Source of the DNA: Candidatus Marinacidobacterales bacterium
GTDB lineage: Bacteria; Acidobacteriota; Vicinamibacteria; Marinacidobacterales; SMYC01
Length of the DNA: 64,000 bases
Direction: 5' to 3'
Assembly (NCBI GenBank): GCA_965224085.1
Contig: CBDCYI010000005.1
Location: 832,001 to 896,000 of the forward strand
Every line of letters begins with the position of its first letter. The first letter of the stretch is position 1. The notes under the pieces are model-generated. The model was not told where the DNA came from, searched no databases, and saw nothing but the letters and a program-made list of their open reading frames with translations. The translations under genes were made by a program, and so were the position numbers. Below are positions 1 through 9,817 of this stretch, one piece after another.

Positions 1-14
1 TTTGCAACAGGCTC
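1..14 (-). mobile_element. Terminal inverted repeat of a further IS-A copy running off the window edge
   Basis: tttgcaacaggctc is identical to the IS-A end at 2030-2043 and is followed by TAGCTA (15-20). Confidence 0.75.
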
Positions 15-1678
15 TAGCTAGAGGCTGTTGCAAAAGCCCGTTTAGCGTCAAGGCGTTCATTTGTTTGAGCACAGGAGTGAGGCCGTTGGTTGTACTGCTT
101 GTTAGGAACGCGCCTGTCGGGCACGGTCGAGCGTATTTTGCTTGTTGATGTCCGCGAGTTCTCGCAGACAATCCTGCAAGCTCTGCCATGCGGCGACGCC
201 TTCGCGGATACGCTTGTGTGCGGCTTGGGGCACATAGTAGCCGGTAGTCTTGCCGTGCTTGCCACGAAAATTGATATAGAGGTGAGGGCCATGCTTTGGC
301 CCGGGCCCGTGGCACCGACAAGTGGGCGTACCGCAGGTACGATAGGTTTCGGAGGGTGTGCCGAAGATCGCCCTTCGCGCATATTGTTGAATCTGTTGTA
401 GGAGCTGGTCCCGACGTTTACGTGGATCGGAATGAAGGGTTCGGCATTTTCGCTGTCCTTTCTTCGCCGCTTGACTCGAGCGATCGATATGAGGTTTTGG
501 CTGATAACGCACCACCCGACGTAACGCTTGAATCCTCGGTCGCCCTTGTAGGTGGCGCGAAGCATAGCGAAGCGGTGCTTGAGGGTGCTGATGCGGGACT
601 CGACGCCCCCGCGCCACTTGAGGGCTCGACGGAACCAGCGCTTTTTTTGAACCTTGGCTCGTTTTTTCGAGGGTCGTCCTCGAGCCGGCAACACCACTTT
701 CTTTACACCGAGATCTATGGCCTTGCGTTCATTGTCTGCCGAAAAGAATCCGCGGTCAGCGGTCGCCATCTCCGGCGCACGAGCGAACTGTTTTTTGTGT
801 TGCTCCAGCGCGGGCATCCACTGAGTTTGGTCCGCCGGATTGCCTGCGGCAACTTCGTAGTGGCTAACAATGCCGTTCTCCACCTCATCAATTCGCACGA
901 GTCGTCCAAACTCGGTCGGCTTCCATGTTTTGCCTTTTCGGATCACGGCCGTATGCTCCTCGAACAGGCTGACGATCTTGTCCGGATGGTGACGATGGCC
1001 CCCTAAAACACGGGCCTTTGTCTGAGCTAACACCTTTTTGCACAGTGGCAGATAATGTTCGAGTTGGCTCTGATTGCTTATGATGCTCACCAGCGAACCC
1101 ACGACCGGAAGCTTTCCGCTCTTGAGCGACTGAATAACCTCGTCGGCTTGCCGGACCACGCTGCGCGCCGTGCCCATGAGCTTGCGATAACTTTGCTTGA
1201 ACTTGACTTGGCTCGATTCGGTGAACGACTTGCTGGCGCGGTCGATCTCAAGCTGCCTGTTTTTCGTTGATCGGCTGTGGTCCACCACCTTGAGCGCACC
1301 TTGAGCACAAGCCTTTGCAATACACTTCAGACTACGGGTGAGCACCCGGATGCCATCGGCAAGCAGTGAGCTATCTGTGGGGTAATGGATGTTGCTCTCC
1401 ACTACCGTCGTATCCGTGCGTAACTTGCGTCCCGTAGCCACCTTTTCGTCTCGAGCCTGAGCGACCACACGGGCATGGATTTTCTCTACGAACGCATCAC
1501 CGAGTAGGGAAAAGTTGCGACTGAATGTGGAGTAGTTGGGAATCGAATCGTCGTCGAAGCGAGTGAAGCGCCGATACACGAGGCTAGAACGGATCTCCCG
1601 CTCGAGGACTCGGAAGGACCATCCTTTGATGTGCTTGAGTACACAGCTGCGGAGCAAGCGGTCAGGCGCGATACTCAC
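14..1678 (-). CDS. DDE transposase (IS5/ISNCY-like). The frame stays open to about 1870 upstream; the C-terminal ~140 aa are probably read-through
   Basis: Motifs LRTDTTVVESNIHYPTDSSLL, ATADRGF, WRGGVESRISTLK. Confidence 0.85.
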   Translation of the reverse strand: MSIAPDRLLRSCVLKHIKGWSFRVLEREIRSSLVYRRFTRFDDDSIPNYSTFSRNFSLLGDAFVEKIHARVVAQARDEKVATGRKLRTDTTVVESNIHYPTDSSLLADGIRVLTRSLKCIAKACAQGALKVVDHSRSTKNRQLEIDRASKSFTESSQVKFKQSYRKLMGTARSVVRQADEVIQSLKSGKLPVVGSLVSIISNQSQLEHYLPLCKKVLAQTKARVLGGHRHHPDKIVSLFEEHTAVIRKGKTWKPTEFGRLVRIDEVENGIVSHYEVAAGNPADQTQWMPALEQHKKQFARAPEMATADRGFFSADNERKAIDLGVKKVVLPARGRPSKKRAKVQKKRWFRRALKWRGGVESRISTLKHRFAMLRATYKGDRGFKRYVGWCVISQNLISIARVKRRRKDSENAEPFIPIHVNVGTSSYNRFNNMREGRSSAHPPKPIVPAVRPLVGATGPGQSMALTSISIFVASTARLPATMCPKPHTSVSAKASPHGRACRIVCENSRTSTSKIRSTVPDRRVPNKQYNQRPHSCAQTNERLDAKRAFATASS

Positions 1679-2043
1679 CCGGCCGGTACGCGGTGAGAGC
1701 GGGAAACGACCAGCGAGCGATTCTCTCGTCAGTTCTATCAGCTCGGGGTCCTCGAGGAGCGTGTCGACGGGTTCGAGTAGATCATCCTTGATGAGCGACG
1801 CCTGTTTGGAGAAGTTGACGTAGAAGAGGGCGGACTGCCTGGTAACGGTCCCTATAACGCCTAATAAATATCATCCCTTAGGCTACAAGTCAAGAAAAAA
1901 ACGACCAAATACAAAATAGTTGGGAAAATTCTTGCGGATCGATCCAGGCGCGTTTGGCGCCGGCAAATCACAGATCTGTCAGCTGCCCGATTGGACGCGG
2001 ATTGAAACCAACGGTGAAAGCGGTTACGTTTTGCAACAGGCTC
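21..2043 (-). mobile_element. IS-A: IS5/ISNCY-like insertion sequence, 2023 bp
   Basis: Terminal IRs GAGGCTGTTGCAAAA (21-35) and TTTTGCAACAGGCTC (2029-2043); TAGCTA direct repeat on both sides; contains a DDE transposase. Confidence 0.9.
102..447 (-). pseudogene. DUF6788-like small Cys/His protein carried by IS-A, ATG out of frame
   Basis: RTCGTPTCRCHGPGPKHGPHLY motif in ORF 102..617; the nearby ATG (MPNPSFRS) is frameshifted relative to it. Confidence 0.6.
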
Positions 2044-2049
2044 TAGCTA

Positions 2050-3733
2050 GTTCCTGTCCAGAAACACCATAACTTGTGGTGTACGAGAGGCCTATCGAAG
2101 ATGTGGGTATTATACGTTTTCAGTCGGCACCTCGTAGGCTCGGAAGCGAATGAAAATCTTGGACGAAACGAGAGGCGAATCGTCAGCAATCCATGGCTAT
2201 AAACGCAGTAAGAGCAATCATTATTATCGTAATAGGTGCCTTGCCATTACCAACAGGTTGCAGGTGATGATGGAACTCCATACGTAGGATTTGAAAGAAG
2301 GCAATGAGCGCCATGTGCATCGGTCGAGACCAAAGACTCGTTTCAAGAACGAAATGACGCCTTCGATTCCGCAGCGAAATCGCCGTAGGCGTTGATAGAC
2401 CCAGGAACTCTTGACCATATCGGTCACCGCGAAGTGAGCCTTGGTAAAGGCAACATCTTCAACTCCCTTGCCTTTGATGGCTTCCAAGTTTGCCTTTGAA
2501 GAAAACGCGCCATCGTAGGCAACCTGGCGCGGGGCCCGTTCGTAGAGTTCGACTTGACGGTCGATCATGGTTTCCGCGAGAGTTGAATCGGACGGATTCC
2601 CATCCAAGATCACGCAATCCAAAATCATCGAGGACGAGCCACCAGTCAAACACACCTTGTGACCGTAGAGAGTCTCGCGCCGGTCTTTGCGAATAATGTC
2701 GGTGTGTTCTTCGAAGATCGAAACGACCTTTTCCTCCGCAGGCACACGCTCTTCATCAATCACTCTACGCCGAGTTTGGTTGATGACTTTTTCGGTGAGG
2801 ACGAGAAAGTGCTTAAAATCCGCGGCGATCTTCTCCGCACTCGCTCGCTTCACCGGCTCGGTCAAGCCGGACTCGTCCAACTGGTCTGCAACGCGTTGAG
2901 CGGAGCGATAGGTTTCTTCCGACACCTTCAGTAGATCTCGATAGACGCGACGCCTTTGTTCCTTATCCTTCGCGTTTAGAACTCCCAGTCGACGTCTCTT
3001 CGCTCGACGCGTTCGATTGCCGAAGACCACTACTGTACCCAGCAGTTCGCGAGTTCGGCACATGAGGCGAGTGAGAACTCGGACGCAGTCATAAAGAAGC
3101 TCGGAGTCCGTAGGAGAATGAATATTCGACTCCACTACCGTGCAGTCCACTCGTACTTTTCTTCCTTTTTCGATCGCGGTCTTCTCGGCAACACTCACCA
3201 ACTCTCGGTTGATTTTCTCCAGCGTTTCGAACTTCACGGCTTTGATGTTTGCTGCTAGGGTCGACTTCGACGGGCTCGGCTCTATGATGCCGAGCTGGCA
3301 AAACGTCCGATAGCTTCGAGAGTCTGCCAAGTGAAACGCCAGCTCCCGATAGGTGAACTGATTCAGCTGCTTGACCAACAACGCCCGGAGAACCTGCTCC
3401 GCGCTCATTCCCCCACGACCAACATCGCTCCCTGCCGATGGGGTGACCGACCTCAGGTCTTGCAGTACCAGCTCATTGAGCTTAGGATGGGCATCGAGCA
3501 GCGATGATATCGTTTCGAGCTCGCGTGCGTGCTCCAGCTCCAGCCAGGGCTCGCGAAGGCTTGGTTGTGGGTTGATCGTTTTTCGCATTTAGGGCTGGTC
3601 TCCTTTGGAGTTAAGTCGTTTAGAATCTGCGTTTTTGTCGACTCGATACTAAACGACACTCCCTCAGAAGGCTAGCCCTAAATTTGCGATTACCCCTTTT
3701 TTCTCAACCTCTTACACCTGTCAGGACGGGTAC
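2050..3733 (-). mobile_element. IS-B copy 1: ISNCY/IS5-like insertion sequence, 1684 bp
   Basis: Imperfect IRs GTACCCGTCCTGACA / GTTCCTGTCCAGAAA; TAGCTA on both sides; near-identical to 14025-15708. Confidence 0.92.
2224..3588 (-). CDS. ISNCY/IS5-like DDE transposase, 454 aa
   Basis: VRVDCTVVESNIHSPTDSELL, VAYDGAF, FRCGIEGVISFLKR. Confidence 0.92.
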   Translation of the reverse strand: MRKTINPQPSLREPWLELEHARELETISSLLDAHPKLNELVLQDLRSVTPSAGSDVGRGGMSAEQVLRALLVKQLNQFTYRELAFHLADSRSYRTFCQLGIIEPSPSKSTLAANIKAVKFETLEKINRELVSVAEKTAIEKGRKVRVDCTVVESNIHSPTDSELLYDCVRVLTRLMCRTRELLGTVVVFGNRTRRAKRRRLGVLNAKDKEQRRRVYRDLLKVSEETYRSAQRVADQLDESGLTEPVKRASAEKIAADFKHFLVLTEKVINQTRRRVIDEERVPAEEKVVSIFEEHTDIIRKDRRETLYGHKVCLTGGSSSMILDCVILDGNPSDSTLAETMIDRQVELYERAPRQVAYDGAFSSKANLEAIKGKGVEDVAFTKAHFAVTDMVKSSWVYQRLRRFRCGIEGVISFLKRVFGLDRCTWRSLPSFKSYVWSSIITCNLLVMARHLLR

Positions 3734-3743
3734 TAGCTAGTAC

Positions 3744-6700
3744 CCGATGCGGTCCACATATACGTCGTCTTTACGATCAAAGGCGGCACTTGGTTCGCGA
3801 TACCTGTCTTCAGGTAGTCCTTGAAGTCGTAGGTCGCGTCTCCCAAAAGCACCACGTAGCGCAGGGACGGCCGACGCCAGTTGTGGTACGCGTAGCGCAG
3901 GAACTCGCGAAGCGCTTCGGGCGATGTCTCTCCAAAGCCGAACTCCGCGTAAACGTCCTCGATCGCCACCGACTTCACTTTCAGTCCTTGTTGGCGGCGC
4001 TGCTTCAGAAGAGGCCTTGCGGCGCCGAGGAAAGCTCGCGGGCCGACCAACAGATATTCGGCGCGGTGGCTTCGGCTCTTCAAAGCACTCGAAGGCATCG
4101 CGCGCACTTCCGGTCGGCGGACGGACTCCGCGCTCACCGCGTAGTAGGTTTCTCCCGTTTCCGCTCGGAAGCGCACACGGCTCGCATCGTTCTGGACGCC
4201 GCTCAGCCAACGCGGGTGCACGCCGCTCAGCTCGAGCACGTGGGCATCGGGGCCCAAACCGCTCACTTCCGCGACACCCGACTCCTTCCACACGCCTTCG
4301 AGCTCACCGTTTTTGGCCACAGGCACGCGCGGGTAGCTCAGCGCGAAGCGGTCGAGCGGACCATCGAGTACGCAGCACCCGTGTCGCCCACGTTTTCGAC
4401 TTCCAGAGTGTTCGTCCCTTCTGTCAGAACACCAGGCAGCAACGCCACGTCGATGCGGCGCGACGCCTTGCCGTCCCAGCTCGACTCACCGAGCAAGCTT
4501 CCATTCACGTAGACGCGCACGTGGTGGTCCGGGTCCGCTTCGAAATCGCTCACGCCTTGGAGCCACACACTCAAACCCGCGCTCTCACTCGTCGACGCAA
4601 GCGCACTCACTTCGAACGGGTAGCTCTTCGTTACCGGGGCAAATAGCAGGTCCCATAGCCATAGATCGGGAGCGGCTTTCTCAGTGAGGGCGGCTTGGTA
4701 ATACCGGTTTTGCTCTTGCGCCACGCCCTCCATGTAAAACGTCGTCGGCTCTCCGGAGGGCGATGCCATGCTGCCCGCCATCATCGTCCCGCTTCGGCCT
4801 ACTTCGAGCTCATACACCGCTTCGTTGCCATACGGGTTCAACGAAGCGCCTTCGCTCATGAAATACAGCGTCGAGCCCGGTTGGAAGCGCGGTCGATCGG
4901 GCTCCAAGCGGAACGCCACAGCCTTACCTTGACGGCTCAAGCGCAGCGAGCGCGCGGAAACACTGCGGCTTCCGCTGAGCACGTTCTCGTAGCGCACCGC
5001 GTAGAGACCTCGCTCGGTTGTCGCGAAGCGTCTCACCACTCTTCGTTCGTCGTGGCTTCGTCGCCTTCGGTAGCGGCGGCCTCGTCGTCCGACGGTCGCT
5101 TCTTCCGTTGGATCCGGCGTACGGAACGAGACCCGCACCACGAGTCGACGTGCCAACAGGAGCTGGCCTCTCGTCCCGTCCCAGCGCAGCGGTGCGAGCT
5201 CCACCAGAGCTTTTTTTACCTCGCCTTGGAAGCCGACTTCCAAGAGCCGTGCCGCGCTCGACGGGCTCAGTCCTTCGCCGCGGAACGCCGTGCGCGCTCG
5301 GCGGTTCACCGCACGCACCGTGCCGTCGAACGACGCCACCAACTCCGGTATCGCTGCTTGCGACGGGCGCAAGCTCGTGAACGCTTCGACGTCGCGCGCC
5401 CAAACCGACACCATCTCGACTTTGCGGCCCGCGATCGCTTCGATCCATTGACGCTTGACCGGGAGCGCCGGGGCGCTCGCTTCTCCAAGCTCCACGAAGC
5501 CCGGGATGCTCAGCCGTACCGAGCCGTCTTCTTGGGGCAGCGCGTAGAAGCCGTTCGTCGTCAGCTCGATCTGGATTTGGTCGCGCCCGCGCGGCGTCAC
5601 ACGCCATGTGCTCGACGCCGGCTCGCCATACGTAATGAGTGCATCTTCGGACTCTGTTGACGGTGGCGGCCCGTTATTGGGCTCGCTAGGCTCGTCGCTC
5701 AACGACGTATCGCCCTCGCGCGGTACAGCGCTCACCGGTCCGTGTCTCTCGGTCCGCCCCGAGCTCGCGCCCACCACCGAGGAGCCGAGCCCCGGGATCG
5801 CGCTCGACGTGATCCGCTCGAACTGGCCCGCTTCGCTTTCGGAGCGATACAGGTGGAAGCCGAGGTTATCGAGCTCCGTCGCGGTCTCCCACTCGAGCTC
5901 CACCGCACCGTCGACCCCGTGCGCCGAGAACGACAGCAAATCGACTTCCGTCGTCTCGATGCCCTTGTTGTAGAACCCGCAGTTCGGGTTCGGGGTGGGG
6001 TCGGGCGACGGCGTCACCGTCGCGTCCGGCCAAATCTGGTTGTTGTACTGCGCCTTGATGTAGCACGCCGAGTGAGCGGCGTCGGCGAAGCGCACTTCGT
6101 CGAGGATGCCGTTGAACATCTCGCCGGGCGGGTTCGATGCTCTGAGATGGCGCCCCATCATCGCGAACTGTCCGGTCGTTTCCCATGTCCCGGTGGTGAG
6201 GTCCGCGATGGGGCCCCCGTCCAGCACGCCGTCGATGTAGATACTCTGTGTGTCCGCCCCGACGTCCCGCACGGCGACCACATAGTGCCAGGTGTTCAGA
6301 GTCACAGAGCCTGTCGAGGCAAGAGAGTTAGCCCCCGTGGATGGCCCGAAGCTAGACCTCACTCGGTTGGTACTGTCGATACGAAAATGATACAGCGTCC
6401 TTGGACTGATCTCGTCACCGTCGGCGCTGTCGTAATCGTCGTATCGGAGGATAACTTGATGATTCGCCGAGCCCCTCGTGTTGACCCAAGCGGAGAACGT
6501 CACGGACGTGCTCTCGGTCATATGAAGCGACGCATCGTCGCCCAAATTGAACCAATCGTTCGACCCGTCGAAATCCAAGCTGCCGTTCGCCTGGCCCGCT
6601 ACTTGATCGGTGGTGGTCATACCCCCGTTCATCGTGCCGTTGTTGCCGGTGCCGGTGCTGTCCGCGATCTGAGGTGCCGCGCCCGAGGGGTCTTCACTCA

Positions 6701-9554
6701 AATGCCACACGGCCTGGTAGCTCATCGGACTCCACACGTCGGCGGGTTTTTGGGTCTGGGTCGAGGAGGTGATGTCGGTGTTGCCGTAGACGATCTGGAT
6801 GACGGTGTTGGAGCCGGCCATGTTGGTGTTCACCGACGGGAGCCGCACCCATGCGACGAGGTGGCCCGTGGCCGCGTTCCAGCTCTCGACCTCGTGGTCG
6901 AGGATGCACGGGGCGAGGCCGGCGCCGCCGCACGTCGTCGCGTCCACCGCGGTGAAGATGATGTCGTCGCCTTGAGGATCGGTGACGTGATCCCGAAGGT
7001 TGGTGTCGACGGAGTTGAACAGCATCGGGAAGTTCGTGAGCGTCGTCCCGCAGCTCGGATCGTCGATCTTGGTGCGGTCGATGGTGATGTTCTTGAAGTA
7101 GCTGTAAGGGCCAATCGAGCGGAACTCGTCCGCCCCGATGTCAGGCGTCGTCGCGTGACGCGAGTGCTGGTCGAAGTCTTCGGTGACGGGAAGGTCGGCA
7201 TCTTCGTCGAGATCGGCGCCGACGGTACCGAAGAGCGCTTCGGTGGTGTCCACGAGGTGCAGGTTCTCGGTGCCGTTACCGATGTTGAGGAAGTACGACG
7301 CGTACGCCGTTTGGTTCGTCACGCTTCCCGCGCCAAACATAGCGGCCGTCCCATCCGACGAGACGTTGTTGCTGCTGTTGGCGAGGTCGAAGGTTCCGGT
7401 GAAATTGTCCGTAATTCCATCGGTCGCGCTCATATCGAGCACGAGGTTGTTCCTCGCGATGAGGGTGCCGTTGTTTTGCTTTATGCCGAAGGCTTGAGCA
7501 CCGCCGTTGCCGTCGATGTTGTCTAGGTTGAAGATCGTGTTGTTGTGGAGGAACACCGTACCTCCCGCGTCGTTCACTTGCACACCGATGACGTTGTTGC
7601 CGGTTGCTGAGTTCTCCGACATGTCGTAGACGACCGAGTTCGAGAGCTTGACGTTCCCGCCCTCGAGGGAGAAGCCCCGAACTGCGCCGACCCCCGCGGC
7701 TACGTCGTGGAGGTCGTGCACGATGATGCTGTCGAGCAGAACATCCGTCGCGACGGACTCAACTCGGACCCCATCGATGCCGGATGCATTCGTGAGACCC
7801 GAGCCGTCGATCTCAATACCTGTGACGCGCACGTGCTCGTCCGAAATGTTGATGATGTCCTCCTCGACGCCCGGGGACGCGAACGAGGGCGCGATGCGAC
7901 ATCCGGAGCCCGCCACTCCGTTGTGCCGCTGGGACGTCCCGACCTCGTTCGTGGCGCTCGGCGCGTAGAGGTGGATGTACGTGTCCGGGCCGGTGGTGTA
8001 GCCGTCGATGGTGACGCCCGCTGTCTCCACGATGGGGCCGTCGTCGTAGCACGTCCAGTTGAGCTGGAAGCCGTTCCCGGCGAGATCCGCGGTGCCCAGG
8101 TGGAGGGCGTCGGAGCTTTGCGCCTCGGCGTCGGAAACCAAGTTGAACGCGCGGTAGATGTCGACGCTTGCGAGGGGGCCGAAGTTGATGTTGGTGTCGC
8201 CCGGCGTGCCGCCGCCCGCCCCCGAGTCCTGGAGCCTGAACTGCGTGGACGAGATGCGCTCGGCGATGTAATACCGCCTGGCACCGACCTGGACCTCGTC
8301 GCCCACGCCGATCCGATCGGCGGCCGGGGTGTCGAGTGCCATCAGACCCGCGGTAGCTGAGCCCGTCGACGAGTACAACGGCCCCGGGGCGGTCCCGATC
8401 GAGTAGTACATCTTCCGCTGGAACGCGAGCACGGCCCAGCTTATGTCCGCGGAGGCGCCGGTGAAGGTTCGCTGGAGCTGCAGCTGGGTCGGACTGTTGA
8501 TGTTCTGGGTGAACCAGGAGACGCCGGGAATGTCGTTCGCGACGTAGGGCGACTTTCCCCCTCTTTGCCACGCTCCTCCCCCGGCGATCGACCAGGACGG
8601 GCTCACGGGCGGGGTGAGCGTCGCGTTCAGAGGACCAGCCTGGCCACCGGGGAAGTTCATGTCGCCGCTCCTGACCGTCGTCCCGTCGGTGAACTCGACC
8701 AGGTACCAGGTGAGGTCCATGGTTAACCCGCCCCCGGTGGCATCGCGGTCGAAGACGAGGGTCGTCGGGCTGGTGATCCGGCCTCGGACCAGGCCCCTCC
8801 CGATTTGCGGGGCGGTGACAGCTCCGATTTCGTAGGTGTAGAGGAGCCACGACTTCGAGGTGTCGACGGCAGCGATGGGCCCGGCGGTGGGTATCGTTCG
8901 GGTCGTGGCTGTCACGGACGAGGTGCCCGAGGCGAGGCTGAGGCTCCCGCTCTGGACGCTGGCGCCCGTGAACTGGATCACCTGCCACTGAACCTCGTTG
9001 TTCGGCCCACCGTTGCGCGCATCTAGCCGGAGGGTCGTGGGGTTCGTTAGCTCCGCCCGCAGCCATTCGTTGGCGTCGTAGCTACTGCCGCCACTCCGGT
9101 AGCTAATCAGGGGGAAGGAGCTCGCCAGGTCGACCGGCGTGCCGAGGTTGACGTCGATGGGGAGAGGGGGAATAAAAGGGTTGATCTGGCCGCGCTGCAC
9201 GTTCACGCCGGAGGAGAACTCGGCCACGTACCATTCGATCGTGACGCTGCCACTGGTTCCTGTTCGGCGGAAGTCGAGCGTCGCGCCGCCGCCGATGATC
9301 TGGCCCATCACCAGCCCGTTGGGTGGGGCTGCCTGGTTGTTGCGCATGTTGAAGACGAGAAAGGAGCGGTTGAGGGTCACCGGGTTGAATGCGGGCGCCG
9401 TGACCTGGACGAACGTGGAGCCGCCGGGGAGGACGACACTGCCGTTCTGGACCGACTGGATCGTCGCCGCCTGGACCGGCTGGACGAGAGCAACTGCGCC
9501 CACGAGCGACAGGCAGAGATAGCCGGCGACGCGCATCCAGTGCCTCGGAGTCAT
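3744..9554 (-). pseudogene. Giant secreted multidomain protein, copy 1: signal peptide, four ~90-aa repeats, beta-helix, DUF2341-like, LamG, Ig-like, C25 propeptide and peptidase region; frameshifted and 3'-truncated
   Basis: ORFs 4338..9896 and 3733..4326 are joined by a 1-nt deletion near 4358 relative to the paralog (gagc-gga vs gagcagga). Likely start is ATG 9554 (MTPRHW...VQPVQA signal). The C25 motif YVVLLGDATYD is present; the gene ends at the IS-B junction before the catalytic His/Cys. Confidence 0.8.
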
Positions 9555-9600
9555 CGTCCGTTCTTCAGCCCGCAAAATTCGCCCCCATCGTCGGGAATCT

Positions 9601-9616
9601 TGCAAAGAATACGCCA
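9601..9616 (-). promoter_or_regulatory. Sigma-54 (-24/-12) promoter of C25 gene copy 1
   Basis: Minus strand TGGCGT-ATTCT-TTGCA, exact consensus spacing, 47 bp upstream of ATG 9554. Confidence 0.75.
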
Positions 9617-9693
9617 AGACCGTCGCTCGGGGACTCATGTAAACCGTTATGTTTGAGTAATTTGTACCGGCAAAACGTACACGCGGCAGTGTC

Positions 9694-9735
9694 TGTGTGG
9701 GGAGTATCGGGGCGGACGATGGGGATTCGCCTACA
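9694..9735 (-). promoter_or_regulatory. Putative enhancer (UAS) for a sigma-54 activator
   Basis: Minus strand TGTAGGCGAATCCCCAT...TCCCCACA; conserved upstream of paralog 2 and of the kinase operon. Confidence 0.6.
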
Positions 9736-9774
9736 AACCACCGATGCCGCGTTCGTGAAAGTCTATTCTTGAAT

Positions 9775-9811
9775 ATCGAATGTTGAACATTCGATTTTCG
9801 TGATCTAGAAT
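9775..9811 (+). promoter_or_regulatory. Inverted-repeat operator and -10 box of the ATPase gene
   Basis: ATCGAATGTT-G-AACATTCGAT (9775-9795); TAGAAT (9806-9811) just before ATG 9818. Confidence 0.55.
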
Positions 9812-9817
9812 GGCAGG

